Virus record (IMG/VR): IMGVR_UViG_3300008120_009089
DNA from: an uncultured virus (IMG/VR IMGVR_UViG_3300008120_009089)
Lineage: Duplodnaviria > Heunggongvirae > Uroviricota > Caudoviricetes
Length of the DNA stretch: 64,000 nucleotides
Strand: one strand, 5' to 3'
Shown here one piece after another: positions 19,718-30,600 of this stretch. Below the pieces are notes generated by a model. That model was given only the letters and a program-made list of their open reading frames with translations. It made no database searches and was not told where the DNA came from. A program made the position numbers and the translations under genes. Position 1 is the first letter of the stretch, and each line of letters opens with the position of its first letter.

Positions 19718-19854
19718 ATGTAATATTGGGAAAATCAAGACAAGTTGGTAGAAGCTATATGACTAGTGCGTTTTTTGAGTATCAAATGAAAATATTAAAC
19801 TTTGAAAAGGTTAGTATAAGAAAGAGAAAGTTAAGAAAGATTTTTAATATATAG
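19714..19854 (+). CDS. 46-aa mini-protein with terminase Walker-A-like fragment (not in ORF track)
   Basis: MNVILGKSRQVGRSYMTSAFF...RKRKLRKIFNI; ATGA overlap with the upstream stop. Confidence 0.6.
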   Translation: MNVILGKSRQVGRSYMTSAFFEYQMKILNFEKVSIRKRKLRKIFNI

Positions 19855-19857
19855 TAT

Positions 19858-20208
19858 ATGAAAATTAAACGATTTAACGAAACTTTTAGTAACTTTACTA
19901 TAAATCCAATAAAGTTTAATAATAGTAAAGGTATTGAAAAGATTGTCTATCCATCTGTTATTGTAAATGTTAGTTCTGTTACTAGTGAAGTAACAAGTTC
20001 TATTAGACGAGATATGATGGATTTAATGCACAATCAAGGTTTTTTAACACCACCTAAATTTATTGACATTGATACTGGGAATGTATTAGAAGATAGACTT
20101 AGATATAGTGTTAAAAATCCAAGATGGGTATTTTTCGTTGAAGAGAAAAATTTAAATAAAGCTAAAGAAATCGCTGAAAAATATGGCGTTGATTTCTATC
20201 AAAAATAA
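19858..20208 (+). CDS. Hypothetical protein with MKIKRFNE leader
   Basis: Late motif directly upstream. Confidence 0.6.
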   Translation: MKIKRFNETFSNFTINPIKFNNSKGIEKIVYPSVIVNVSSVTSEVTSSIRRDMMDLMHNQGFLTPPKFIDIDTGNVLEDRLRYSVKNPRWVFFVEEKNLNKAKEIAEKYGVDFYQK

Positions 20209-20218
20209 TAGTAACTGA

Positions 20219-20776
20219 ATGGACTTACAACAATTATTAGAAAAGTGGGGAATTAAGTGTGATATAAACACAATTCTTTCTATGTGGAATGAATCACATA
20301 GACACTACCACAACTTAAATCATCTTAATGATTTGATTTCTCAAATCAACGAAAATAAATCTAAGTTTTCTGAAAAAGAATATGAAAAACTTATGTTAGC
20401 TGCTCTTTTTCATGATATCGTTTATGATCCTATTAGTAAAACAAATGAAGAAGATTCTGCTGATTTCTTAATGAGTTGCGCTGTTGATAAAACTAACAAA
20501 GATATTTTAGATGTTAAGCAAATTATTTTAGATACTAAAACTCATAATTCTACTACTAATTTATCAGAGTCTTTTAATCATTATGATATGAATATTGTTG
20601 AAAGAGATTTTGATCAATTGTTGGAGTGGGAGAACGGAATTAGTGAAGAGTTTTCGGTTTACCCTAAAGAAGATTATAAAATGGGTAGATTGAAATTTTT
20701 AGAAAGTTTATTAGATAAATATACTCATAATACAGAAAACCTACTTAAATTAATTGACTATGTTAAATCAAACTAA
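20219..20776 (+). CDS. HD-superfamily metal-dependent phosphohydrolase
   Basis: RHYHNLNH...LFHDIVYDP...NEEDSA. Confidence 0.85.
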   Translation: MDLQQLLEKWGIKCDINTILSMWNESHRHYHNLNHLNDLISQINENKSKFSEKEYEKLMLAALFHDIVYDPISKTNEEDSADFLMSCAVDKTNKDILDVKQIILDTKTHNSTTNLSESFNHYDMNIVERDFDQLLEWENGISEEFSVYPKEDYKMGRLKFLESLLDKYTHNTENLLKLIDYVKSN

Positions 20777-21200
20777 AGAGTACGGTGTATTTTATCTAAA
20801 AACTGTTTTCCCAAAAGGACACAGACTTGAATGGTTAAATTATTTACATATAAGTAGAGTTATACCAAAAGATCTATCTGATGAATTGGATTTATTAGTT
20901 TCTGATATAAACTCTAAAGAAGGTATTGTAATTCCTATGGATAAAGGAGTTGATCCAGGATGTGTTACCGAACCGGAAATAATTGAAGAAGTTGCTAATG
21001 AAGTTTATAATAGATATTGTGAAATATTTGAAAGGCTTACAAGTGATAATGTAAAAGATTGTATTAGATTAGTTTGGAGTATTGGGGAAATGGATAGTGT
21101 TGATTATAAATCAACTCATGATTTACCAGCTTATCCAATAATGATAAAAGTAGGTCGTTTTTTAGATTCTTCAAAAAAGTCAGGTATTTATAAAGTATAA
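20754..21200 (+). CDS. Hypothetical protein
   Basis: 148-aa ORF ending at a terminator. Confidence 0.55.
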   Translation: MTMLNQTKEYGVFYLKTVFPKGHRLEWLNYLHISRVIPKDLSDELDLLVSDINSKEGIVIPMDKGVDPGCVTEPEIIEEVANEVYNRYCEIFERLTSDNVKDCIRLVWSIGEMDSVDYKSTHDLPAYPIMIKVGRFLDSSKKSGIYKV

Positions 21201-21230
21201 AAAAAACCACTCAAATGAGTGGTTTTTTTT
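21199..21230. terminator. Bidirectional rho-independent terminator
   Basis: A8-CCACTC-aaat-GAGTGG-T8. Confidence 0.85.
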
Positions 21231-21231
21231 A

Positions 21232-21771
21232 TTATTCAATTGATATTATAAAATTATGTCTAACACTAGTAGGACTTGAACTAAAAACAGGAACTTCCCA
21301 TATTATTTCTAATTCATCATTAATAGAAACATCTAATTTATTTTGTAATTCGTAGTTATCTAATTGACTATTCGAATAATTTATATAATTAGAAGTTACT
21401 ATCGATGATTGTCCAGAAGTATAATTATTTATTATAAAAATTTGAGGATCATTACTACCAACTTCTCCTAAAATTTGAGTCATTATACTAATATGTTTAA
21501 TTGAACCTCCTATTAATGATTTAATCCTTCTTGATTTTATTGAACCGTTTGATTGAGCTGGTAGATCCGGAATATTACCAATATAATATCTCATATCATC
21601 AACTGGATCCATTGGGCAGTGTGAGAATTCATATGTTCCTGCCGGACCCAATGCAAGAATTGGATTTTCTCTTAGAGAAACCCATGCTTTACCAGACCAT
21701 CTCCATTTAGATCCATTTGGACTAGTATAAATATCACCTATGTTTTTATTTAATGGCCAACTTATTAACAT
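21232..21771 (-). CDS. Putative tail-fibre-associated protein
   Basis: N-terminal WP...GDIY..PNG..WRWSG.AW module typical of phage fibre proteins; in a late operon. Confidence 0.5.
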   Translation of the reverse strand: MLISWPLNKNIGDIYTSPNGSKWRWSGKAWVSLRENPILALGPAGTYEFSHCPMDPVDDMRYYIGNIPDLPAQSNGSIKSRRIKSLIGGSIKHISIMTQILGEVGSNDPQIFIINNYTSGQSSIVTSNYINYSNSQLDNYELQNKLDVSINDELEIIWEVPVFSSSPTSVRHNFIISIE

Positions 21772-21794
21772 TTTGTATTATTATTTTTTTTTAT

Positions 21795-22790
21795 TTAAGA
21801 TACTTTTATATATCCATAATAAACCATTTGGTTTTCACTCGTATTATTAGTTATTCCAAATGTAAAAGTATTACTATTTACTGGATTTGGATCGGTCGTG
21901 ATTATAGAACCAGATGTTCCAATTATATGACTTGGTATTGAATCTAAAACCAATTGATTTCCTGCTAAATAATACCAACCATATTGATTTCCAATAACTG
22001 GAACATTTATATTTGAAATAGTAACCGTCGCATTCCAATTAATAATACCATTTGGTATATTACCATTAACCCACATAACATATGAATTTCCAACTGGAAC
22101 TGTAAAACTAACTGTGTTTGAACCAGGAGATAATATCCAAGATCCGGATGTTGGTGTATAGCTTGTTCCGGATGTACCATCAGTCCCGGATGTACCACTT
22201 GTTCCTGAAACACCGGATGTACCACTTGTTCCGGATGTACCATCAGTCCCGGATGTACCACTTATTGATGAGAAAAATGTATCTAATGATCCAATATTTC
22301 CCTCGTTTAACCAAACCTCATAAGCACTTAAACCTGGATCTCCTTGTGGACCAATTTCACCAACCGCTGTTACCCAGTTATAACCAGATATATTATCAAG
22401 TATATAAATATATAGAAATCCAAATTCGGTATCATACCAAAATGAACCAGGTTCTATAAAATCCGTATATGTCCCATCCGGAATATTACTTTGATAATAA
22501 AATGATTTGGATAACTTATTTAGGTATTTTCTACCAGTTCTCTTATTTAGATCACTTATTAATTGTTTAATTCTTGGAAGAGCCATTTTAGCCTCATTTA
22601 ATGTTGAAAATGGTATAATAACAACTCTACCACTTTTCAAACTAACCTTAACTAGGTTGTTATTAACCATGACATTTAATATTGTACTTGGGTTAATGGT
22701 GTGAGTAACAACTCCATCATCATTCATAACCTGAACATTTACATCATTCATTGAAAAAGGTCTTAAAAATTTATCCCAACTATATCTCAT
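21795..22790 (-). CDS. Collagen-like/GTS-repeat fibre protein
   Basis: GEIGPQGDPG, SAYEVW..G..GS motif, (SGT)n run. Confidence 0.65.
   Translation of the reverse strand: MRYSWDKFLRPFSMNDVNVQVMNDDGVVTHTINPSTILNVMVNNNLVKVSLKSGRVVIIPFSTLNEAKMALPRIKQLISDLNKRTGRKYLNKLSKSFYYQSNIPDGTYTDFIEPGSFWYDTEFGFLYIYILDNISGYNWVTAVGEIGPQGDPGLSAYEVWLNEGNIGSLDTFFSSISGTSGTDGTSGTSGTSGVSGTSGTSGTDGTSGTSYTPTSGSWILSPGSNTVSFTVPVGNSYVMWVNGNIPNGIINWNATVTISNINVPVIGNQYGWYYLAGNQLVLDSIPSHIIGTSGSIITTDPNPVNSNTFTFGITNNTSENQMVYYGYIKVS
22162..22263. repeat. Coding tandem repeat (SGT tripeptides) with 39-bp perfect direct repeat
   Basis: 22162-22200 is identical to 22225-22263. Confidence 0.9.
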
Positions 22791-22807
22791 TTTTTTATTA
22801 ATTATTT

Positions 22808-23950
22808 TTAATTTACTATATCTAAGTTAACAAATACATGATCTAACTTATTTTTAGCCAAATCCATGAAGTTAAATGTAACAGAATACGTACCTATGTT
22901 TGTAATTGAGTGAACAATTCCTGATACTCCTGAAATTATTAAATTTGAATCCATAAGATTTATAATACCATCTCTATTATCACTAACATGATCAATTAAC
23001 AATTCAATCAATCTATCTTTTTGTATAACACTTGAAGTTCCATAAGTGGATAGACTTATAGAAGTAGAAAATGTAAAACCATATGATGTATCATATGGAA
23101 CACCATAAGTTGCACTATTAAATTCTATATAACTACCCATTGATCCAGATTTTGAATTGAAATAAATAACCGGTTGTACTGAATCCACAAGTGGATCTAT
23201 ATCATTAATATTAACAGTAGGATTTTCTAAAATATAATTTAGAAGTGAATGTGCTTGATTAGCATCAAACTCTGTTAAAAATTGTAAAAATATCATACCC
23301 TGACTTTCATCATCTATAATAATAAAGTTACTATCTAATGTTATTGAATTTATATAAACTAATTCTAAGTAAATAAGTGCTCTTGGTGTTGTATTTTTAT
23401 CATAAATAACAATAGATTCACCGACAACATAAGATTTAATATCAGTGAATTCCAAACCAGTAAATGATGTTCCTGATTGATTTATATAATCATTAAATAC
23501 CGAATAATTATCATCAATAACAGCAACCATGACATCTAAATAAACCGGATAATTAACATTTGGGTTATTCAAATATAATTGAGGAACTCTATTTGATGAA
23601 TTACCGGTTAAAACCAATAATTGAGCAAAACTAAAAATCTGAACTGGGTAGTTATAATAACTATACTGAACATAATTATCAGCTTCAACTTTTGATTTTA
23701 CATCATAAACAGCCTTTATAGAAAGAAAAGTAGCATTATCTCCTAATCCTAAATGATTTAATAGATAATTAGTTTGACCTTTTTTAAGAATAATTCTACT
23801 TTTTAAAATTTGTTTATAAGGTATTCTTAAATCAGAAAGCATCAATCTTTCTCTAATATTAGAACCTTCAGTTGCAATAAAGTCACCACCATTTGTCTTA
23901 ATATATTGACTACTTGGTCCAAATAAAGAACCGCCACATACTACACTCAT
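22808..23950 (-). CDS. Putative virion protein with C-terminal Ig-like domain
   Basis: VSDNRDG...GTYSVTF...DLA.N pattern; late motif upstream. Confidence 0.5.
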   Translation of the reverse strand: MSVVCGGSLFGPSSQYIKTNGGDFIATEGSNIRERLMLSDLRIPYKQILKSRIILKKGQTNYLLNHLGLGDNATFLSIKAVYDVKSKVEADNYVQYSYYNYPVQIFSFAQLLVLTGNSSNRVPQLYLNNPNVNYPVYLDVMVAVIDDNYSVFNDYINQSGTSFTGLEFTDIKSYVVGESIVIYDKNTTPRALIYLELVYINSITLDSNFIIIDDESQGMIFLQFLTEFDANQAHSLLNYILENPTVNINDIDPLVDSVQPVIYFNSKSGSMGSYIEFNSATYGVPYDTSYGFTFSTSISLSTYGTSSVIQKDRLIELLIDHVSDNRDGIINLMDSNLIISGVSGIVHSITNIGTYSVTFNFMDLAKNKLDHVFVNLDIVN

Positions 23951-23997
23951 ATTTAGTTTTATATTTTAATGTATATATTAAAATATAAAACCGACAT

Positions 23998-26709
23998 TTA
24001 TTTTAAATCTATAATTTCTACTCTATATCTTTCAGATAATACTGTGGAATTTTCAGAAATCCTAGTAACAATAATCTTTTTACCTTTATTTAAACTAAAG
24101 TATGGCTTATTAGATAACATAGAAGCAGTTGAACTATTCAAAATCATTGGTAGTGAAGCTGTTGTACCAAAACTTTTTAAACTCAAATTATTACTAACAT
24201 CTAATGTGATATATGAGCTAGTCAAACCAACCGTTGTTACTGTATATTGTCCTGAAAAATCATAAACCGAAGATGTTCCAACAAAAAAGTTATTTAAAGT
24301 TAGTGTATCACCAGCCTTTATTGAATTGTATATTAAGTTACTACTACCATCAATTGGTACATCAATCACTGGACCTGATTTTAAAGTCATAGTTTCATTA
24401 AAGTTAATATCAAAATTAAAATCTTTCCATAGATAAGATGAGTTTTGAGATCCATTAACTAAGTTATAACTAACTGGTAGATCTATATTACCAAGAAGTA
24501 ATACCTGTGTAAGAGCAGTCGTTGTTCCAGTTATATCAGAATTTATATAAATATCCATTTTTTTATTTTGAGATGATGTTATTGTTGGATTAATATAAAA
24601 CTCAACAGATTGTTTGAAATCCAAATCTCTACTCAAATAAACAGTTAATTTATCATTATTTGGTAGTGTAAATGGTACTTCATCGTTATTAGAAATATAA
24701 ACTAACCAACTTTTATTTGTAGGAACATCTAAACTTAGTGGTATTATACCAGTAGCGCTATATAAATCAGTAGTTTTTATATAATCTATTTTATTATAAA
24801 GTGGATCTATACTATTTAATGATATACTTGGTGGTGACCCAGGTAGTGTAGTCACATCAATTGAATCAGATGAAACGATTTGATTAGTTGCATATAATCT
24901 TAACAAATCATTTAAACTATTAATTCTGGAATTAATGATATTAATATCAGACTGTGAATATATTAAAGATTTTAAATCTTGTAAGTCTGCTCTTAATTGA
25001 TTTTGTTCAACTAAAATATTTAGAAATGAATCATTAACAGAAGAAAGTCTTTGCATAGCTTTGTTAAATAAATTCATACTAAACATTGAATTTATTGCCT
25101 CTGGGTTATATGTTTCCTGAACATTATCATTAATTATATTAAAATTTAAATTTAAACTAAAAGCAAATGATGTTCCATCTTGATCACTAGTTGAAACTAA
25201 CTTTTTATACGTAGGGAATTTTATACCAATTTCACTTTGTAATAAGTTATTAGCTGGATTATCTAAGAATGATATTCCATATAAGTTAGTGAATGTATTT
25301 CCTTTATCATCCTCAACAGTATAATACCACAAAATAGCATTAAATTCAAAACTATCCGGTGGTGTGTTATTAACTTCAAGAGCATTAAACTGTTCAAAGT
25401 TAGTAATTACTCTATTAGCTAAATTCATTTTTACATAGTGACTTGTGTTAAAATCTAATGTGATACCATCCATACCAGATGTATCTACAACTGGGTTGTT
25501 TATATCACCACTAACACCAAAATAATCACCACTTCTTCTTAAACTATCACCAGTAGATGTTTCATACGTGAAATCTAATGTATCAAATTGTCCAAAATAA
25601 GATCCTGGATAGTTTAAAGGCGAGCTTACTATTGGTGATGTAAAATTCTCAGCTCCCATAATTTCAGCTTGGTATTGACTAGGTACAATTGGGAAAGTTA
25701 AATTTGGTTTATAATTTGTATCATACATAGTTCTGAAAAGAATATCAGGTGTCATTCCAGTATGATCTGGAATATGAGCATAAACTTCAGTATATGACCT
25801 ATTTGCTTCTTGAACATTTGAAACACCATTAATCTCACCAATATATTGAACAAGTCTATGATAAACCAATGCCGCTTGACCAGAAGACTCAGATTGAGTT
25901 CCTAATTGAGTGTTCGAAAACAGTATATCAACTACGATTCTTTGACCTCTTGTAGCATTAGATGGTATAACACTAAGTACTTTTGTATATTTACCGTCTT
26001 CTGTTGCGGAATCTAATAAATCGTTATTATATAAATCATTATTATAAATACTCGAATTAGAAACATTATAAATTCTTATAGTATCACCAACTTTGAAGTT
26101 AGTTTCACCATTAAATTCTATTTCTAATTTATTAAGAAATCCAGACTCACCAGTTTCATAAAATGAAATAGTGTCCCAATCAACAACCTCTCTTTCTTTC
26201 CATAAATATTCAGGAAAGTATTCATCATCATTTAAATTTCTTCTCTCAAATACTGGTAGATTACTAAAGTATTCATCATCAGGAATAGCAGGTTCAAAAT
26301 CAATTAAATTTAATTTTTTACACCATTTAAAAAATAACTTTTCAGTTGTTGTTTCGAGTGAGTTTGTATTATAATAATAATCTGTATTATTTAATCTACT
26401 CTCTCTTATAACTACTTCTTGGTTAGCAACATAATTTCTCAAAGACTCTACAATTTGATCACTAAATGATGATGGAGCCGAATAATTTTGAGATTTTTTA
26501 AAAGCACTATCAAAATCAAAATATATTTGACTTGATTGTGTACCAGCACTTAAATTTCTTTTAGGTAAGTTTAATAAAACATATTTAGAAAAATACATTT
26601 TATAATTACTATTTTGATAAGCAGCTGATATATCTTCTGCTGCTCCTGGAAAAGCGTAAAAAGAAGTTCCGTTTGATTTTAATCCTTTATAAAGTGGTGT
26701 ACTTGCCAT
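23998..26709 (-). CDS. Putative virion structural protein (903 aa)
   Basis: Late motif upstream, S/T/N-rich, short coiled coil, structural neighbourhood. Confidence 0.5.
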   Translation of the reverse strand: MASTPLYKGLKSNGTSFYAFPGAAEDISAAYQNSNYKMYFSKYVLLNLPKRNLSAGTQSSQIYFDFDSAFKKSQNYSAPSSFSDQIVESLRNYVANQEVVIRESRLNNTDYYYNTNSLETTTEKLFFKWCKKLNLIDFEPAIPDDEYFSNLPVFERRNLNDDEYFPEYLWKEREVVDWDTISFYETGESGFLNKLEIEFNGETNFKVGDTIRIYNVSNSSIYNNDLYNNDLLDSATEDGKYTKVLSVIPSNATRGQRIVVDILFSNTQLGTQSESSGQAALVYHRLVQYIGEINGVSNVQEANRSYTEVYAHIPDHTGMTPDILFRTMYDTNYKPNLTFPIVPSQYQAEIMGAENFTSPIVSSPLNYPGSYFGQFDTLDFTYETSTGDSLRRSGDYFGVSGDINNPVVDTSGMDGITLDFNTSHYVKMNLANRVITNFEQFNALEVNNTPPDSFEFNAILWYYTVEDDKGNTFTNLYGISFLDNPANNLLQSEIGIKFPTYKKLVSTSDQDGTSFAFSLNLNFNIINDNVQETYNPEAINSMFSMNLFNKAMQRLSSVNDSFLNILVEQNQLRADLQDLKSLIYSQSDINIINSRINSLNDLLRLYATNQIVSSDSIDVTTLPGSPPSISLNSIDPLYNKIDYIKTTDLYSATGIIPLSLDVPTNKSWLVYISNNDEVPFTLPNNDKLTVYLSRDLDFKQSVEFYINPTITSSQNKKMDIYINSDITGTTTALTQVLLLGNIDLPVSYNLVNGSQNSSYLWKDFNFDINFNETMTLKSGPVIDVPIDGSSNLIYNSIKAGDTLTLNNFFVGTSSVYDFSGQYTVTTVGLTSSYITLDVSNNLSLKSFGTTASLPMILNSSTASMLSNKPYFSLNKGKKIIVTRISENSTVLSERYRVEIIDLK

Positions 26710-26794
26710 TTATTTAAATTTTATTTTATATTCTATATATAAACATTTCATATTTCCGTTTTTATTTTTATATTTGTATCTCAAATTAAAAGCT

Positions 26795-27208
26795 ATGATT
26801 ATTATTCAAGGTGAGATGTTAAGTGGTAAGTCAAGATTAGCAATTGACTTAGTAAAAAATAACAAGAGATCATTATATCTGACATTAGATAAGGATAATT
26901 CTGTTATTAAATCTTTAAAAGAGAATAAAATAGAATACACATTAATGAATAAATGTCTTTTAATGGATATTAAATATAGAGTTTTGGAAAGAGGTGGTTT
27001 ATTAAATAATGACTTAGACTTTGTAGTAGTAGATTCGTTAAATAAAATAACCGATAAAAAAACGTATATTGAGAAAATAAAATATTTATTAGAAGTTGAA
27101 AAAGATTTCAAAATAAAAATAATAGCAACTATGAATACATTAAGGATGTTGGATAACATACAAAAGAAAATTGAAAATATTCCTGGTGTTGATTTTATAA
27201 ATATTTAA
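26795..27208 (+). CDS. Small RecA/DnaB-like P-loop protein
   Basis: IIIQGEMLSGKS Walker A, LYLTLD, FVVVDS Walker B; ATG 26795 follows a TAnnTTTG box. Confidence 0.65.
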   Translation: MIIIQGEMLSGKSRLAIDLVKNNKRSLYLTLDKDNSVIKSLKENKIEYTLMNKCLLMDIKYRVLERGGLLNNDLDFVVVDSLNKITDKKTYIEKIKYLLEVEKDFKIKIIATMNTLRMLDNIQKKIENIPGVDFINI

Positions 27209-27624
27209 GCTTCTGGTGACTGAGCTTGAGAATTTACCTCTTGAGCTTGATTACCTTCACTACCAGTTAATCCTTTAACAACTTCTTCTATCGCTCTTTG
27301 AGTTCCAGCTACGACATACTCATATAAACCTAACTTACCAATTTTAGTAGGAGATTGATCATAGAATTTAATATCATTTAGAATTGGATCTACATCGTTT
27401 CGCCATTTAAGATAAAAATCAAATATATCACTATCGTTTATCAAACCTTCAATTTTAGTATTTTCTGGTTCTTTGATAAATTTTTCAACAAATGAATTGA
27501 AATCACCACCACTTTTCTCAATAGTTTTTTCAATCATTTCCTTTAAATTGTCTTTAATCTCCTGAGAAATTTCAGTGTTAGACTCATTCGCTTCTGTAAT
27601 AAATTGTTTATATCTCTTAATCAT
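27205..27624 (-). CDS. Hypothetical protein with MIKRYKQFITE leader
   Basis: Late motif upstream; leader resembles the T4 capsid-targeting sequence. Confidence 0.6.
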   Translation of the reverse strand: MIKRYKQFITEANESNTEISQEIKDNLKEMIEKTIEKSGGDFNSFVEKFIKEPENTKIEGLINDSDIFDFYLKWRNDVDPILNDIKFYDQSPTKIGKLGLYEYVVAGTQRAIEEVVKGLTGSEGNQAQEVNSQAQSPEA

Positions 27625-27652
27625 AAATTATATATTATTTTTAAAAAATGAT

Positions 27653-30600
27653 TTATCCCCAAGTTCCTTTAAATATACCATCATACCAAATACCAGTCTC
27701 ATATAAACCGCTTTCATAAATACCATTTGTCCAAATTCCGGATTTCCAATTAGCATTTGTAAACTTACTAACAATTCTTAAACCAGTATCAAATCCGTTT
27801 GTTATCGGATTGTTTAATTGAGCACCAATTTTATCAGAGTAACAGAATTCTAATCTTAGATCATTAACTTTAACATCTAAACCATCAAATGATTTTATAA
27901 AGACTTCCCAATAACCCTTTGTTGTATTTTTAAATAAATCTTCAACGTTATTGGTTGTTACCAAATAATCTCCAACTCCGGTAGCTCCAGTAGCCCCTGA
28001 AAATTCATAAACTCCATCATAAAGAGGTGATCCTAAAGAAAATTCAGTTGATTGAGTACCAGTAAATACAGTATTTTTCAAATAAATATCGGTATCACCA
28101 ACACCCAACTTTTTAACATTTATAACATTACCATTAGGAGCTTTAAGATTTATCATTAGATATGATAAAGACTGTGTTAAACCTGGATTAGTTTCTAAAT
28201 TTATTTTAACTCTAACATTATTTATTTTATCCTCAATTTCATCCGTGTAGAAATATTCTACAATAGAACCAGAGTAACCAGTAGATATACTTGAATTACC
28301 ATAGATGCTATTAACCATTGTACCATCTTTAACATCAGATTTGAAAATACCAATATAATCACTTAATGATATATTATAATCAATATAAATCTCCGTAATT
28401 TTATTAACCTCATCTAATACACATCTTAAAATTGTATATTTTTTTGGTTCACTAAGACTTCCATATGTACTTAAACCAGAGTTGTTAAATTTATCTGTAA
28501 CGTAGATAACATCTCCTATATTAAATCTAAATATACCATTTAATATAAATGAGTTATTAGTTTCATTTAGTCCTATAATTTCAATATCTTCTAGTATACC
28601 ACCATGCCAAACACCTGATGTAAACTCCATATTATATGCAATTCCACCATACCAATCACCATTTAAAAACTTACCAGTTTTCCATATTGAATACTTGTTT
28701 GTTTCCGAAGCATTTGATAATAATTTTAAGTTTGAATAGAAACTACCACCTTTAAAAGTACCACCATTCCAAGTAGCTGTTCTACTGTTATAAGCATTTG
28801 TACCAAATCTAGATAATCCATTTCTTTGCTCAAATATACCATTATACCAGATACCATTTTCAAAGTCACCACCATACCAATCGCCATCGATCCAATAAGC
28901 TGGTTCATTATCAGTATTAAAATTACCTGAATTCCAAGTACCTTCAACCCATATACCACCAATGAAACTACCATTATTCCAAGTTCCATCATTCCAGATA
29001 CCATTATACCAAGAACCTTTATTCCAAGTTCCATCATACCATCTACCTGCTCTCCAAGTACCATCATTCCAAGTTCCATCATACCATCTACCTGTAAACC
29101 AAACAGATTTTGTGAAATCATCAACTTCATCAACTTTAACAGAAAGTTTTAAGTCTCTTACATTTCTTGAATACCAGTTACCTTCATACCAATCTCCATA
29201 TCTCCATTGACCAGAATACCAAGTACCACCAAACCATCTACCAAACTCCCAAATACCTTTGTACCAAACTATACCATTCTCATCTTCACCAATTAAAGCA
29301 TCTGAGATTTCAGCCTCTAATACCCAAGGATATTTAGTATGTAGATCATCAAATGTTAGATTATCAACTAATCTAAATCTATATCTATTGTAATCAACAT
29401 TAACTAAGCTATAAGTAGATCCTTCAATTTTTGTATTATCGGTATCTAATTGAATAGATTGTTTAGCTCTTTTATTTAAAGAAACATCAATTAAATCAAC
29501 AGGCTCATAATTAAAGAAAGGATCTTTTTTGACATATTTAACATAACCTATATCATTACCTAAGTAAACATTTTGTCCGTAATCAACTTCTGTTAAGAAA
29601 TCATATTCATTATAAACTTGTGTAACTATATGATAACCAAAATATTGTTGATTTAAATATTCAGATGAATATGTACCACCAATAAACTCTAAAATAACAC
29701 CATCACCATTTCCCAATTCATGTTTTTCGTTACAACGAACATAAAGTTTACCATTCACATTAGCTGTATTATTAATGGAGATTTTATAATCTTTTTCCAT
29801 TCTAGTTAAATTCATAGCCAACTCATTCTTATAATCCGTGTAAATTAAACCAGTTAAGTTTTGATATGTATCAACATCAGAAAGTAATATTTTTGCATAT
29901 GAATCTGTTGATATCTTAAAATTAAGTTCTCTTTCATAATTATCATATGTTTGGCCACTATGTATTTCAGTTTGTTTACTAAGTCTTCTTTGAATATTAT
30001 TCAATTCTTGTAAATCATCACTTATTTGCTCTAAAGTTCTTCTAGATGTAATGTTTAATTTTGATCCACCTATAGCAGTATTTAATTCGAAATTAACATT
30101 TCTATGAAACTCTATAACGTATCCAGATTTGATTGAATCATAATACTTATTTGTAACTAATAATCTTTCAGAAGAGAAAGTTCCACCTGTTGATAAATTT
30201 GCTAATGGTTGATAGATTGTTAAGTCAATAAATGTATTAATAAAAATACTTTCCCACTCTAACTTCAAATTATCACCAAAATATATCTTATTATCTTTAT
30301 AACTATAATTACCCTCAGATGCTGTCAATCCAGCTGAATCCAAATAAACATTAGATGCTGTTAAACTACCAAACTCTAAATCATTATAGATAGGCATTGT
30401 TAAATACTCTTTTGTTGCGTAGAATGTTGGGTTAACATAATTTGTTTTATTTATACTAGTCATATAATCAAGTAGATTATATCTTGGTGTGTATCCAAAT
30501 TTTAAGAAACCATCCGTATAAATTAACGGTTCTTTTATCTCTCCTTTGAATAAAATAGACCAATTTTTCAAATAACCAATATAACTTGATACACTATCCT

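Noticed and set aside
22162..22263. CRISPR-like short repeats
   Set aside because: In-frame SGT codon repeats with no unique spacers; no cas genes in the window.
28600..29270. 15-bp periodic repeats as an array or DGR template
   Set aside because: They encode WxxGx pentapeptides; no reverse transcriptase and no adenine-specific TR/VR pair seen.
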